This document shows, piece by piece, positions 26,241 through 40,267 of a stretch of 64,000 nt of DNA. The stretch's first letter is position 1, and each line of letters starts with the position of its first letter. A program made the position numbers and the translations under genes. The notes below the pieces were generated by a model. That model was not told the origin of the DNA. It ran no database searches and was given only the letters and a program-made list of their open reading frames with translations. Source of the DNA: Utricularia gibba (lineage: Eukaryota > Plantae > Magnoliophyta); assembly GCA_002189035.1 (NCBI GenBank), contig NEEC01000014.1, forward strand, positions 1,302,001-1,366,000, given 5' to 3'.

Positions 26241-27455
26241 GCTTCCCTTGTTCCTACTTCCAGCCCAGCATCATTCAAAGCATCCGTCCATCTTTCACCT
26301 CAATTTTTTAACTGGGTCCTGTCCATCCATTGCCCGGTAAAGTCTACTCTGGAAACTAGAGAAACACCTCGAGGAGTTTGGCAGAGGAAGAGCTCCCACA
26401 ACACTGTTCTTCTGTTTCTCACCCCAACTCCAACATTCCATTCTCAGATGACCGATGCACCAAAGAAAGATGGTGTAGAAATAGCAGATGGATACCGTTT
26501 GGATTCATGGATTCCTGATTCCCCCCTGGCTGGCCAAGGAAGTTCCTATAGCTGGCTGAATCTTCTGGTTCTGGAACTGTTGAACCACATGGGGCAAATG
26601 TGCATGACGCGCACGTAATTTGAGTTTGAATGTGAATTTGAATTTGATGAGAGATGTGAGGAGTTGGTAGGGTCCACACATGGCCCCACACCAAGCTTGT
26701 GCTCCCCTTTATTAGGGCACCCCCACATCCAACTCCCATTTTATCTTTATATTAAAACTCACACATGCCAAATATCAAATTCAAAGTACAATCATTTTGT
26801 ATATAAAATAATAGAAAATTTATTTCAATTTTCAATACCACAGATATTCGATATTCCCAATATACCCTTTTCCACAATTTTTTTCTTTTTTTTTTTGTAG
26901 ATAATCCATACCTACCAGATAACCACCTCACCTCGTGCATGGGGCTTACTGGTACGGCTTACAGAAAAACAGTTGCACGTCCTATTCATAAAAAGAAAAA
27001 GATTATATGAGTATAATAATTTTTAATTATAATTTAACATATTTTTAAAATATAAAAATAATTATTTTATCATGTTATTATTAAATTAAATTAAATTAGA
27101 TTTAATTCTAAAGTAAACTCATAATTTAGCAACACTATTGAAATAAGGGACAGGGAGGTATTGAGACTAGGGATGTGTTAACTCACATTGCCACTCGCAT
27201 CAAGTTGTGTGTTTGTGTCTCCCCACATGACGTTTGTCTCATGTGCGGAATTAGATCATTTACAAATTTGATCAAATTTCTTATATCATTTATATATTAA
27301 GATAAAAAAAATAATACTGAACATGATCAATTTTTTTTATACACATATCATACGATAAAGCTATTTGATCCCATCCCGATTAAATAGTTGGGTTTAGGTA
27401 TTTTGATCTCTTTTTATTTTTAACGAATAAAAATGATGTTATTTAAGATAATTCA

Positions 27456-28059
27456 TGATGTGACCCTTTAATCTATAGAGATTAGCAACCTACAAAAAAG
27501 AGGTGATTTTGAAGCTTAGAAGAGAACCCACCCAAGTCTACCCTCAAGAGAATAAATCTCTTGCAACCAGACTTCGAAACAAAGAAAATTAGGAGCCACA
27601 CTTCAAAAAAGAGAGATTGATTGGAAGTGATAATCCTAGAACGCCACAAGCTCAAAGCTTGATAAGTTAAGAGTGTTCAAGCACTCAAAGGAGAGGAGAA
27701 TCCTCACAAGATACATAAAATGACCAAAGATGCTGAATTAGTACATCTCTAGAGTATTTATACTCTAGAATTGGGCTCTAACATTACATAGTCCAAACTA
27801 AATGAAATAGAAAAGTCTAACAAGCCCAATGCTCTAAGTTAAGTCCATCTTCAAGTAGTTGAGCTCTTTTGATGGGATGTCTTCAAGCCCATGTTTGATT
27901 CCAATGGTATTGAGTAGACCCTTAAGTGTATCTTCAACCATCTTTATCTTGCTCCTAGTCATTGGTCCTGGTGGAATCATCTTTCTTTCTAATTTGTTCA
28001 CTTGAACAAACTCCTCATCATTCTTCAAATACACTTCATTATCTTCCTGGGGCTCATCA
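27456..28059 (-). mobile_element. Solo LTR (604 bp), probably Ty3/gypsy chromovirus CRM-like
   Basis: Termini TGATG (27456-27460) and CATCA (28055-28059). Identical 5-bp TSD ATTCA at 27451-27455 and 28060-28064. TATAAATA on minus at 27762-27755. The minus ORF remnant carries GPMTRSKIK, similar to the GP(M/I)TRxRxK motif at the CRM pol/LTR junction. Confidence 0.88.
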
Positions 28060-29950
28060 ATTCATATAGATCTATTCTAACTATCAAATGTCTAAATCAT
28101 GATCCATAACAAGGGTTTAGAGGATTAATATCATAACTAAATTCAGGTATGTGCCAATGGTGGGATAAAATGGCACTCATCGAATATACTGATTATTTAA
28201 GAGTGGTAAAATGCGAGAATATGAGACTAATGACGGTATCCTATATCAGTTAGAAATGTAAGAAGAGGACATGATTATATAGAATAATCTTCTAATCTTA
28301 CATGATACCTTTTTTAATATAGTTAAGTATGATTAGATTGAAGTATTGCGAAAAAATAAGTGAACTTTTAGGATGATATATAAAAAATAAAAAAAAATAA
28401 AATCGTAAAAATTAGATGTTCAAATTAAAAAAATATCGTGACAGATGGGAATGGCAATTACATGAAGTTTGAACGTGTTGGATTATGTTATGGTGGGTGT
28501 ATTATGAGAAAAAGAAATGCACGGTTTATATAATCGAACCCGGTCCAAAGAAAGAGACTGAATATTTGGTAAACCGGAAGCAAACAATACAGTTATTATT
28601 ATTATTTTTTTAATGAAAAGAAGCTGGTTGGTTTCATGTCCCGTGAATCATGGTCTGGGGAGCCGGGATCTGTTACAGTTGGGTGTATTTAATTTTATTG
28701 CCGACATTATAATAATAAAAATAATACAAATATATCATTTTCAAAATTAAAAAAATTTATATTTTGAAATGACAGTGGCAATGAATGGCTTGAATGAGAC
28801 GAAGCATCGGCGGCTTGTCAGATGAAGTGGCGCATGAGGCCAGTGACCATTCTTCCTGTGTCCTAATAATAATAATAATTACTATTATTATCATAATTAA
28901 TTAATTGATTGATTAAATTCCTCATCTCCCTTTTAAAGCCAAGAATGGAACGGAAGAGGGAAGAATTTAAATTTGGGTGGTCGGGGAGTGGGTCCCACGT
29001 TACTTTGGTTTATTATTATTATTATTATTTTATTGGGTTAATGTATGAAATTAAATTTACCTTCGGGTAACAGTGAGTCGGGAGCATTGATGATTCCGAT
29101 TTCTGACCGGAGGAGTTTAGGGGTGCCGATTGAAAAGCGGCGTTAGGGATTTGAGGGGGATCCTTGTCGTGTTATCGCTATGGGGTTTTGGATTTCTGTG
29201 AAACGAGATGGAGTGGGAGATGATGAAGCCCGATCGTGGGAAATTTTAGTTTTAGAGATAGGTAGGTTGCGTCTAGGGAGTAGAGTAATTCGAATGTAGC
29301 GGGTGACTTGGGGTGTGGAGTGACCACTGTCACTACAACCTGGAATCCGAGATTGATACCACGGCAAAAATGTCAGAGGATGAATTTTTTTTTGGGGATT
29401 GGAGATGAGGTACAGGTGAGCAGACAGGACACTAAAAATGGGTGTTGGTGGTGTGGGGCTGGGATTTTGCTGTAATTAGTTGTCTCTTAAAAGAAGTTTT
29501 TATCCCACACCGACACTTCTGCGGTGAATTTTCCGGGGACTTTGCCACCGCCACCTCGCACGCAATCCGCCATTAAAATGTGGTATCAACGTGCTTTCGG
29601 TGTTGCTGGCCCAGCTCTAATTCACGGGTATTTCGTTAATCGTCCTGAATTACTTGTGTGTAAGTGGGGATCATCGGGTTTTCTACAGATCAAGACAATG
29701 GAATGTGCGAATTCGCTGCTTCTCTGTTTCTTCTCTTTTCTCTAAGTTGGGAATTGGAATTGACAACTGGGTTTTCCGGTGTCTGCCCCTTCTTCCCCCC
29801 TTTTTTTTTTGTTAAAAAAATTAGGTTCAAGATCTGGTTTTCGTTTGAGCAGAGTGTGGTCGGCATGGAATGAGAGGTTGAGGATTCTCTGCCGTTTTCA
29901 TCAGAGATTTCGATTTTGGGTTGTGGGCTTTCAAACTTCTCCGGTTACCT

Positions 29951-32186
29951 ATGGCGCCTAACACTGTGGTTATCACTCTAGAAAAGCCGGAGAACTTCTC
30001 CTTGATTGAAATGAGCGAGTCTAGTCCTCTATCCAAGTCCCAGGAGAAAGAAAAATCTACCAGCCCCAAGCGTTTAACTTGGGTTTTTCTCTTGAAAGCC
30101 CACAGAATTCTGACCTTCGTTCCATGGCTGGCGGTTAAGTCCTTCGGCGTTTTTGGGTCTATAAGGAAACGCATTGCTTCATCTGATCTTAACCAAGAGG
30201 ATCCTCGGTACAGAGGGAGATTGTACAATTTGATACAAGTGTTTTTAGCTCTTTCGGTGATTTCCCTTGTGGTTGAGTTTGCAGCTTTTTACAATAACTG
30301 GGATTTGAGTTTGATGAATCCATGGGAAGTTAACAATCTGGTGCAGTGGCTGTATTTGACTTGGATGGATTTTAGAGCAGATTATATTGCCCCAATGGTT
30401 GTCACACTTTCAAGACTCTGCATTTTACTTTTCATGATTCAGTCTTTGGATCGACTCATTCAATGTTTGGGATGGTTTTGGATCAAGTACAAGAAGTTGA
30501 AGCCTGTTATAGAAGAAGTAGACATTGAGGATGGATCAAATTACCCCATGGTGCTTGTTCAAATGCCTATGTGTAATGAAAGAGAGGTAACAGCTGAACT
30601 CCTGTTTTCACTCGCTGCTTCTTTTGAATGTTCTTGATCTGAAATGCTGTTTATCATCGTGAAAATTCAAGGTCTATGAACAGTCAATTGGTGCTGCTTG
30701 CCAGCTTGATTGGCCCAAGGACAGGTTTCTTATTCAAGTTTTGGACGATTCAAATGATGAACTGGTACAGAAATTGATAAGGGAAGAAGTCATGTCATGG
30801 AGAGAAAAAGGGGTGAACATAGTCTACAGGCACCGTTTTATCAGAACAGGTTACAAGGCAGGGAACCTTAAATCAGCCATGGCTTGTGACTACGTAAAGG
30901 ACTATGAATTCGTTGCTATTTTCGATGCTGATTTCCAACCAAACCCAGATTTTCTCAAGCTGACAATCCCTCATTTCAGGGTACCACTTAATTCACAACA
31001 TTTCATCCTCTTATCAAGCTTTCTAAAGTTCTTCCTTTTTCTTTTGTATCAGGGGAAGCCTGATGTGGGCCTTGTTCAGGCACGTTGGTCCTTTGTGAAC
31101 AAGGATGAGAACCTGCTAACAAGGCTACAGAACATCAATCTCTGCTTTCATTTTGAAGTTGAACAGCAAGTAAATGGAATTTTCCTCAACTTCTTTGGGT
31201 TCAATGGAACTGCTGGTGTCTGGAGAATCAAGGCTTTGGAGGATTCTGGGGGCTGGCTCGAACGGACTACGGTGGAGGACATGGATATTGCCGTCCGGGC
31301 TCACTTGAATGGATGGAAATTTGTTTTCCTCAATGATGTTAAGGTTCTTTGTGAGTTGCCCGAATCCTACGAAGCATACAAGAAGCAGCAGCATCGTTGG
31401 CATTCCGGCCCTATGCAGCTCTTTAGATTATGCCTCCCTTCAATCATCACTTCCAAGGTATTAGTTTTGTTATACAGGCAGTAGAATAGCACCCCCAATG
31501 TTACTCATTTGCTTTTCTTCCTACTGTGGCCGGTCTTTGCAGATATCAGTTTGGAAGAAGGCAAATTTGATATTCCTTTTCTTCCTGCTCAGGAAGCTTA
31601 TACTTCCCTTCTATTCTTTCACCCTGTTCTGCATCATTCTCCCCTTGACAATGTTCATCCCTGAAGCTGAGTTGCCTGGCTGGGTGATCTGCTACATCCC
31701 ATTACCATGTCCATCCTCAACATTCTCCCTGCGCCAAAATCTTTCCCATTTCTGATGCCATATCTGCTCTTCGAGAACACAATGTCTGTCACAAAGTTCA
31801 ACGCCATGGTGTCGGGGCTTTTTCAGCTTGGCAGTGCCTACGAGTGGGTTGTAACAAAGAAGACCGGAAGGGCATCAGACTCAGACCTCGTAAGCCTTGC
31901 CGAGAGGGAGTCGAAAACTCTCAACGAAGATAAGATTCAGAGACGGCTTTCAGAATCTGGGCTCGAGACCCTGAGCAAACTAAACGACCAGAAGGAGCAG
32001 AAACCACAAGTGGTGAAGAAGCAAAACAGGATCTACAGGAAAGAACTGGCCCTGGCGTTCCTTCTGCTCACTGCTGCTGCTAGAAGTCTGCTGTCAAAAC
32101 AAGGGATCCATTTCTACTTCTTGCTGTTCCAGGGCTTCTCTTTTCTGATCATGGGCTTGGACTTGATCGGTGAACAGGTGAGCTAA
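29951..32186 (+). CDS. CSLC4: Cellulose synthase-like C4 (xyloglucan backbone glucan synthase); one -1 frameshift in this sequence
   Basis: Exons 29951-30586, 30672-30980, 31053-31457, 31543-32186. Motifs [49 protein letters not shown](I)TMSILNILP needs one extra C at 31698-31700. Confidence 0.94.
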
Positions 32187-32728
32187 TGACAATAAACTCG
32201 GGATCGGAATGTTCTACGCACACACTTGATGGTGTGTTCAGAGCCACAGGCTACAAGACTGGAAAGCCAACAGTCAAGAGTTTCCATTCTTTAATTGTAT
32301 AATGCCATTACCTCGTTCACATCCATTGTTTCCTTATTCTTCAGGTGTATAGATCGCGTTCCTTGAACTCTTCTGTACTGCGGTTCGCCGCCTTCAGGTG
32401 GTCTGTGCCAATATGAATACCATTCCCATGTCTGTTGAACGACCATAGCTATTTTCTTCCTCCCTGATTCTGGATGTTACATCTAATCTGAAAGCTAAGG
32501 AATCCATGAATGAGGTAAAATAGCAAAAGAAGATAGATCTAGATTCAGAGGACAGGAAGAAGAAGACCACGACCCAACTGGCCAGTAGCAGTCACAGAAA
32601 AAGAAACACGACTCTTGATGCAGTAGAGGAAATCGCATTTTGCCGCTACAGTGGGGATTTATCTCATAAACGCCTTGTGAATAGCGGATACCGGATAGAA
32701 TTGCCTTTGGAGCTCACGAGAGACAGCA

Positions 32729-33556
32729 ATGGCGTCCATTTCGGCGATCTCATTTCCCTCAACCATCTCTCGAACTAACCTCCGTGATTTTCCCTCATAT
32801 TCCCCAACTTCTGGGTCGGGATTCCCCTGCGTCAGGTTTCTGCTTGAGTCGAGGAATTCATCATTGAGTTCTTGCACTTCCTCCGTGTTGCAGAAGATGC
32901 GTAAGGAGACCTACTCAAGACCCTTCAGAGTAATGGCGGTTGCGGAGGAGGAAGAAACGTCGCCGCCGCCAGGTTTGGCTGATCAGGCTGTATCTGTAGC
33001 GGTCTCGCCTTCGGATACGCTCATTATGTACCTTCAGGTTTCCTCATTCGTGTCTTGTGGAAGGTGCCCATCAGTTGTTCGATAAATTGCGTCGGTAACC
33101 CACGCTGTTTGAATCCGCAGGCAGAAGGAACAATACCCGACTCTGCTATTCCTGCAGTTACCAAGGCGCTCCAGGTATATGTGTATATATATGTGTTTCA
33201 GCTGTGTTTTCTTTTTCAAGATTTGTGCTTGCGCCAACCGTCGTAAGCCTCTGGTGCAGGAAGTAGAAGGCGTTTCTGATCTCAAAGTGAAACTTCTTGA
33301 GGGCATTGCAAGCGTTGAGGTAATCATCTTAATACATCATTCTGATGAATCATTTATCCTTGATATTTTTCTCATGATTCATGATGGGTATCTTCTTGAT
33401 GCATCGATCATTATGGGTATCTTTTTGTAGTTAACGAAGCAGACGACCGTCCAAGCTACAGGGGTGGCTTCGAACATTGTTGAATTGATACAAGGTTCAG
33501 GATTCAAGTTGCAAACACTCAACTTGAGCTTCGAAGAGGAGGAAGATTTTAGCTAG
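32729..33556 (+). CDS. Plastid-targeted small protein with an HMA-like fold (At5g14910-like), function unknown
   Basis: Exons 32729-33037, 33121-33174, 33260-33319, 33431-33556. Ser-rich transit peptide, then AVSVAVSPSDTLIMYLQAEGTIPDSAIPAVTKALQEVEGVSDLKV...QATGVASNIVELIQGSGFKLQTLNLSFEEEEDFS*. Confidence 0.85.
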
Positions 33557-34119
33557 GAATGACTCTCTCCCTCTCCATTCTCGTTCTTCTTCTCTTTCTA
33601 AACATTGGATACTGAGTTGAATGCTGCAGAATTTGTTTTCAACTTCTAATCCCGTGACTCCATCTAAAATACCATCATTCGACTGTTCGACTGACGCCTA
33701 TTTTGATTCAAATCATGAAGTTCTGCGAAAGAAACGGTTTTTCCCAGAAAAAAAAGTGAAAATTGGAAGGAGAATGAAGAACAACTGTAATGCATTGTGA
33801 TTTTTCAGAATCCCCAGAATTTGAAAATGGATTCTAATTTTAAAACTTTGAATGCAATTAGGGTTAGAAAAAAGTTTTGTTTTTGTGTTCGTAGATTATA
33901 CAATTTTGGGTTTAGTGTTTAGACTGCGTTCTGCAAAAGTAGAGAGTTTGGGTTTAATTCAAAAGTGAAGAAAGGCAATCGATGATTCGTGCGATTTAAA
34001 GGGATGCCACTCTAGGCGTGCACACGGCAACAGAGACGGGGTAGGCTAGCGGTATCTAGATTCATTGAGTTTTTGGGGACGCCGTGGCTTCTTGAACCTC
34101 CGATCTTGGGTAGGAGAAG

Positions 34120-37100
34120 ATGAAGTCAGACGTTGGGGTTCTTGGGGTGGGAAGCAGTATTAGGGTACCAGAATTAAGAGGATTACGAAATCGAGCTCAA
34201 TTTCTGAAGAGGCGAGAAAGATGGTTAGTGATTCTGGGTGTAGTTCTTCATGCAGTTTACATGTTGAGCATATTCGATATCTATTTCAAGACACCAATTG
34301 TCCATGGAATGGACCCTGTTGTACCTCGCTTTTCTCCTCCCGCGAAGCGCCTTGTGCTAGTAGTTGGTAGCTTTCTCCTCCTTTTACAGTATCATTCCAC
34401 ATTGCGAGTATTATGTGGCATTTGATTCAAGAAAAATGTGCTTTTGGTTTGTAGCGGATGGTTTAAGGGCAGACAAGTTCTTCGAGCCTGATATAGATGG
34501 AAACTATCGGGCACCCTTCTTGAGGCGTGTGATGAAAGAGCTTGGGCGTTGGGGAGTTTCTCATGCACGTCCTCCCACAGAGTCTAGGCCTGGTCACGTT
34601 GCTATTATTGCTGGATTTTATGAAGATCCTAGCGCTGTTACCAAAGGTGGGAATATGGAAAGAATTTCCTTCCCTGCTTCATTGACTTTGTTGATAACAT
34701 GTAAATGTCTTTAGATATTCATGTTTACTGAATGTTGCTTGATTCTAGGATGGAAAGCAAACCCGGTTGAATTTGATTCAGTTTTTAATAGGAGCAGGCA
34801 TACATTTGCATTTGGCAGCCCAGATATCGTTCCTATGTTTTGTGGTGCTTTGCGCCATAGCACATGGAACTCATACCAAGTGAATATGAAGATTTTGCAA
34901 CAGGTACCCTGGTTGTTTTTTATTTAATAGAGGTGAATGTCCTAGTGGTAAGGTAGAGTATGACGATGAGAGATTGAAGGCTTGCTTTTATATGAAATTT
35001 GGTTCAGTGCTCTTGCTGAAAAAAAAAAAAATCACCAGCTTTTCTATTGCCTTGATTCTATATGGTGTTTCATTTCTTAGTTTCTTGTTGATGCAGATGC
35101 CTCATTTTTGGATGAATGGTCTCTAGATCAATTTCAGAGCCTCCTGAACCAATCATATGAAGATGCGAAGCTGAAACAGCTTCTTCAGCAAGATAATCTT
35201 GTCATATTTCTGCACCTTCTTGGTTGTGATTCAAATGGTCATGCTCATAGGCCTTACTCACCGACATATCTGAATAATGTTAGGGTTGTTGATCGTATTG
35301 CCTCAAGAGTTTATGATCTTGTCGAGAGTTACTTCAAAGATAATTTGACGGCTTATATTTTTACTGCTGATCATGGGATGAGTGACAAAGGTTGAGCACG
35401 ATATGCAGTAATATTTCGTTTGTGTTCTTTATGTAGTTCTTCTGGGGCATGTATATGTGGCATTAACTTGAAAATGGTGCTCTTTTGTGACAGGGAGCCA
35501 TGGAGATGGGCATCCATCAAATACGGATACTCCACTTGTTGCTTGGGGAGCAGGCATTAAAAAACCTGTAAAAAGGCATGTTAGCCACCATCTGGATCAT
35601 GATGATAATATTCCCTTTGTGGACGAACACTTGCACAATGCTCCTACGCCGTCTGAGTGGGGACTGGATGGTTTAGAGAGGCTTGATGTGAATCAAGCTG
35701 ATATTGCACCTCTGATGGTAGGAACCTTTCTAAAATAGTTCAGTCTTGATGCTAAGCTATGTTCTTTGGAATTCATGCATTTATATTCTGATGTATTGTT
35801 TCTTTGACTTTATCAAGTCGACTCTTCTAGGTTTGCCATGCCCTGTTAACTCAGTTGGAAATCTGCCTCTTGGATTTGTTAATTTTAGTGAGGTTAGTTG
35901 CAGCCAAAGAGCACTGCTATGAATCTTCGTGCAGTTTATGTCTGACAAAGTTGCATGGATAATTAGTTGGATTTCTATAAAGATTTTCGGTCTTTATTGT
36001 CACTTGCATGGATATAGTGAAGATGGTGAAATTATTCCAGGTGCAAGAAATTGAAGCGATGCTGGCTAATACAAAGCAAATTTTGAATCAATTTCTCAGG
36101 AAGGCTCGTATCCTTGAAATTTCAATATTTCTATTTGATACTTTTAGGATTTGAAATACGATCGAGTTCCATAAGAATTCTCAACTGTTTTGGTTTCTTT
36201 CACTACTAATCAGAATTGAAGCAGGCTAGCTCACTAAATTTCAAGACCTTCAAACCTTTAGCTGATTATAACTTAGTTCTGGATCAGATCGAGCACGTAA
36301 TAGCAGTTGGAAATTATGAATCTGCTATGAAGTTCTGTAAAAATCTCCGAAGACTAGCACTGGACGGGATTCAGTACTTTCAAACTTATGATTGGTTTAT
36401 GCTCATGACAGTGATTTCTCTTGGCTACCTTGGCTGGATGATTTATTTATTTATGCATGTTTTGCAACTATATACTCCCCTTCTTGAAAAATTTTATACA
36501 AGGGATCAATCTGGTCATTTGAAACCTAATGCTAACAAGGTAGAAAAACCAACTAGATTCTCCTCATCAAGTTTTCTTCTGCTTTTTTTTATTTATTTCG
36601 TTTTATAATTCTTCAGATTTATCTCTATGGATCTCTTCTGATGGGGCTGGCGTCTGTTGTACTGCTTGTGGAGCATTCTCCTCCTCTTTACCATGCTTAT
36701 TTTGCAATGACTATATTTCTATGGGTCCAAATCGTTCGTGAGTATGAGTTTATTCAAGCTCTATGCCGTTACATTCTTGAGAAAGATGTTAATTATTTGA
36801 AGTTGGTGACTAGTTTTGCAGTATCGGTATTTATTCTCGAAATTCTGGTATGTGCATGTTGCTGTTTTCATATGATTTGAATCCAAATTTTTCTACTGAA
36901 GTGCCACATTTCATTTTTGATGTATCTTATTTTGTGCAGGTGAAAAGCTTTACGGATAGAAAAATCTACACATGGACTTTTTTGCTTGTTGGGGTTATAG
37001 CTTCCATATATCTTTTTTACTCAATATCTTGGAACTCTGGAATACCTGTTTTTGTTTGGCTTGCGTGCTGGTTTTTATCCATCTTCACATTGATGCCAGC

Positions 37101-38911
37101 AGAAATTCCAGATAATACTGAACTCGTGTATGTTTTCATTGCATTCTTTTCTCTGTGATGATGAACTCTACATTTAAGCTATCATGTTCAGTGATTTTTA
37201 GACACACTTTATACACTGGTGCGCTCAAAATTTATCCAATCTTTCTTCCATATGTATTTATTTCTACTTGTATATGCTATTCTTTGATAAAATAGCAGAT
37301 TGGATGTCATAATTCCTTGTTAATGATGCAGAGTGGGTAGTGGATTTATGATTGCAATTGTTGGAGGAGCTGCAAGATATTTAAGTATGAATGCTGGGGA
37401 TGGTAAATACTGGTCTAGCCTTGCGCATAAATTGAAAAGACCTGCGTTTGGTATGCTTTTTCTCTTGCAGGTTAGAACAACTATGTTTCCATCTCAGAAT
37501 GTCTATTGCAGTTAATTGCATATACATTACAGAAATTGATAGTGTCTCCGTTTGTGTTTCATAACAGATCCTACTTGTCATTCTTTCCTCCCTCATGGTG
37601 TCTATGTCCACTTCTCATAGAACAGAGAAACAAGAACTGCTTGCATTACACCAAGTAATCAACTGGACACTTGCTGGTATTTATTTATTTTTTCTTCTCT
37701 CATTCAGTACAATGAATTCACATAATGTCTACACTACACCTTAAATGCTGATCTCTTTAGGTGTATCTATGGTTGTCCCTCTTTTCTCGCCAACTGATCT
37801 GTTGTCCAGGCTTTCTTCCATCTATCTTGGTTTTGCCCCTGCATTCCTTCTCCTTTCCATCGGGTATGCTTACTGATATGTATTTTCATCCTCGAGCCTT
37901 GGATTCTGTAGTACTTACCCACTTCATTCCGTGCAGATATGAGGCTGTGTTTTACAGCTCCCTTGCTCTTTCACTCATGGCTTGGATACTTTTCGAGAAT
38001 ACTCATCTCATGAAAAGCAGGATGAAGAAATCTTGGAGTTCAGCTGAGACCAAACTTGTTTCGGAATCCGACACGATTTGCTTGCAGCTGTCTGATATAC
38101 GAATTCCATTGGCTTTCGTGAGTGATCCCTTCTTTCATCTGCTTCTGTAGCTCTGATTGGTGAAGCCTTCATCTCACATGCATCGTTCTCATAGATGGTC
38201 TTCTTCAACATTGCATTCTTTGGGACTGGCAACTTCGCAAGCATCGCAAGCTTTGAGATCTCTTCTGTCTACAGGTTCATCACGATTTTCAGCGTAAGTA
38301 ACCTTACATCCATCCACACCTCTCATCTAACAGGAGTAGCGGATACCTGATCATCTGGCTCCCTTGCAGCCTTTTCTGATGGCAGCCCTTCTTATATTCA
38401 AGCTACTCATACCATTTATCCTGGTTGTGTGAGTATCCCATCCAGCTTCTGTTTTTCTTCTTCTTTTTCCAAAAGCAAGATCAGAATCAGAAACAATGTG
38501 GAATTGGATGGACTGGACTCCATCCCTTTTCCGTTTGGTGCTGTTGCAGATGCACTTTCACCGCGATCACGAAGCTGCTTCGTCTTCCTCAGTCGGGATG
38601 CTATTTTGTGGTGATCATCTGTTCAGACATCATGACAGTGCATTTTTTCTTCCTGGTACTGCGCTCCTCCCTTTGGACAAAAGAAACAGAGGAATGAAGC
38701 GGATCACGTACCAAAGTCATCCATTTCTGGGTTTCAGGTGAAGAACACGGGCAGCTGGATGGAGATCGGCAACAGCATCAGCCATTTCGGGATCATGAGC
38801 GCACAGGTCGTCTTTGTTCTGCTGCTCTTCGCGGTGACAGGCGTGTACACCAAACCCATCCAGGTTGCATCTTCTTCTTCTAGCCGCCATTCCTTCAGAA
38901 AGCACATGTGA
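34120..38911 (+). CDS. PIGN: GPI ethanolamine phosphate transferase 1 (PIG-N/MCD4); one -1 frameshift in this sequence
   Basis: 18 exons. Motifs [94 protein letters not shown](P)SEYEDFAT needs one extra C at 34876-34877. Confidence 0.95.
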
Positions 38912-39259
38912 TCTTCGTGTTCAGGAAGCTCTGTGTTTCTTCTGTGTCTTGTCGATTAGGTCACTGGTAATGCTTCAGATATTTATCGATGAGTTTTATT
39001 ATTTTATTTATTTACTTGGAATAATGGTAAAGCAACAGAACGCGGGTGCACCGCTTCGCCACGTGGTGCCTGCTGGCCCATAGGGCCCACATCCAGCTAT
39101 TTAAGCTCGTGATTGGCGGGACGGGTGAAAATTACAATGCTCCCATCCACACCGTGTTATATCTCACGCGCGGCTGGAAGGGTTTGAGGCTGGTTCTGTT
39201 CTCTCTCTACTCAGCTTTCGCTGGATCAAGCTCGGAAGTCGGACCGGTTGTCGGAGTGA

Positions 39260-40267
39260 ATGAATGCAGCAGCGATGGCAGGTCTAGTCCTGGTTGTCCT
39301 CACGCTTATCGGCGTTTTTGTCGCAGGACAGGCGGCGGCGGCGGCGCCGCCGCTTCTCACCACAGGTTACTACGCTGAGTCGTGCCCTAGATTTGAGCAG
39401 ATCGTGCAAGAAACCACCACAAACAAGCAGATCGTGTCCCCGACGACAGCGGCAGCGGCGCTCCGTCTTTTCTTCCACGACTGCTTCGTCGGAGGCTGCG
39501 ACGCCTCCGTCCTAGTGTCTTCGACTCCGTTCAACAAAGCTGAGCGCGATGCCGACATCAACCGCTCTCTCCCTGGCGACGGTTTCGACGTTGTCGTCCG
39601 AGCCAAAGCCGCGCTCGAGCTCGCTTGCCCCGGCGTTGTTTCCTGCTCCGACATCCTCGCGGAGGCCACACGCAACCTAGTGGTGATGACCGGAGGCCCA
39701 TTCTACGCCGTGAAGCTCGGAAGGAAAGATTCTCTCACGTCCCGGGCCGCCGACGTCGACGGCCACCTTCCTCTCCCCAATATGCCGATGAATCAAATAA
39801 TCGGAATCTTCCGATCGAAAGGCTTCCTCATCGGCGAAATGGTAGCCCTAGTCGGCGCTCACACAATCGGATTCTCCCATTGCAAGGAATTCAGCTCAAT
39901 TCTCTACAATTTCAGCCGGACCACGGATTCGGATCCCGGTTACTACCCGGAATTCGCCAAATCCCTAAAATCCGCCTGCGCCGATTACCACAAAAACCCT
40001 ACATTATCAGTGTTCAACGACGTGATGACTCCCAACAAATTCGACAACATGTACTACAACAACATCCAGAAAGGTCTCGGGCTCCTGGCTTCGGATCACG
40101 GAATGAGCTCCGATCTAAGAACCCGACCCTTCGTCGACCTCTACTCCAGGGATCAGAACGCTTTCTTCAAGGCTTTCGGTGCCGCCATGGAGAAGATGAG
40201 CACCGTCGGCGTGAAGAGCGGCGCCGCCGGTGAGGTCAGACGACGGTGCGATGCCTTCAATAATTGA
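39260..40267 (+). CDS. PER63-like: Class III secretory peroxidase, PER31/PER63-like, single exon
   Basis: Signal peptide, distal RLFFHDCFVGGCDASVL, proximal LVGAHTIGFSHC, C-terminal RRRCDAFN. The start may instead be ATG 39275. Confidence 0.94.
   Translation: MNAAAMAGLVLVVLTLIGVFVAGQAAAAAPPLLTTGYYAESCPRFEQIVQETTTNKQIVSPTTAAAALRLFFHDCFVGGCDASVLVSSTPFNKAERDADINRSLPGDGFDVVVRAKAALELACPGVVSCSDILAEATRNLVVMTGGPFYAVKLGRKDSLTSRAADVDGHLPLPNMPMNQIIGIFRSKGFLIGEMVALVGAHTIGFSHCKEFSSILYNFSRTTDSDPGYYPEFAKSLKSACADYHKNPTLSVFNDVMTPNKFDNMYYNNIQKGLGLLASDHGMSSDLRTRPFVDLYSRDQNAFFKAFGAAMEKMSTVGVKSGAAGEVRRRCDAFNN

Noticed and set aside
26377-26397. TTTGGCAGAGGAAGAGCTCCC resembles miR159/319 at both ends
   Set aside because: The middle differs at many positions and I found no complementary arm nearby to form a hairpin.
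28590-29035. Short (TTA)n/(AAT)n tracts upstream of CSLC4
   Set aside because: Ordinary low-complexity microsatellites.
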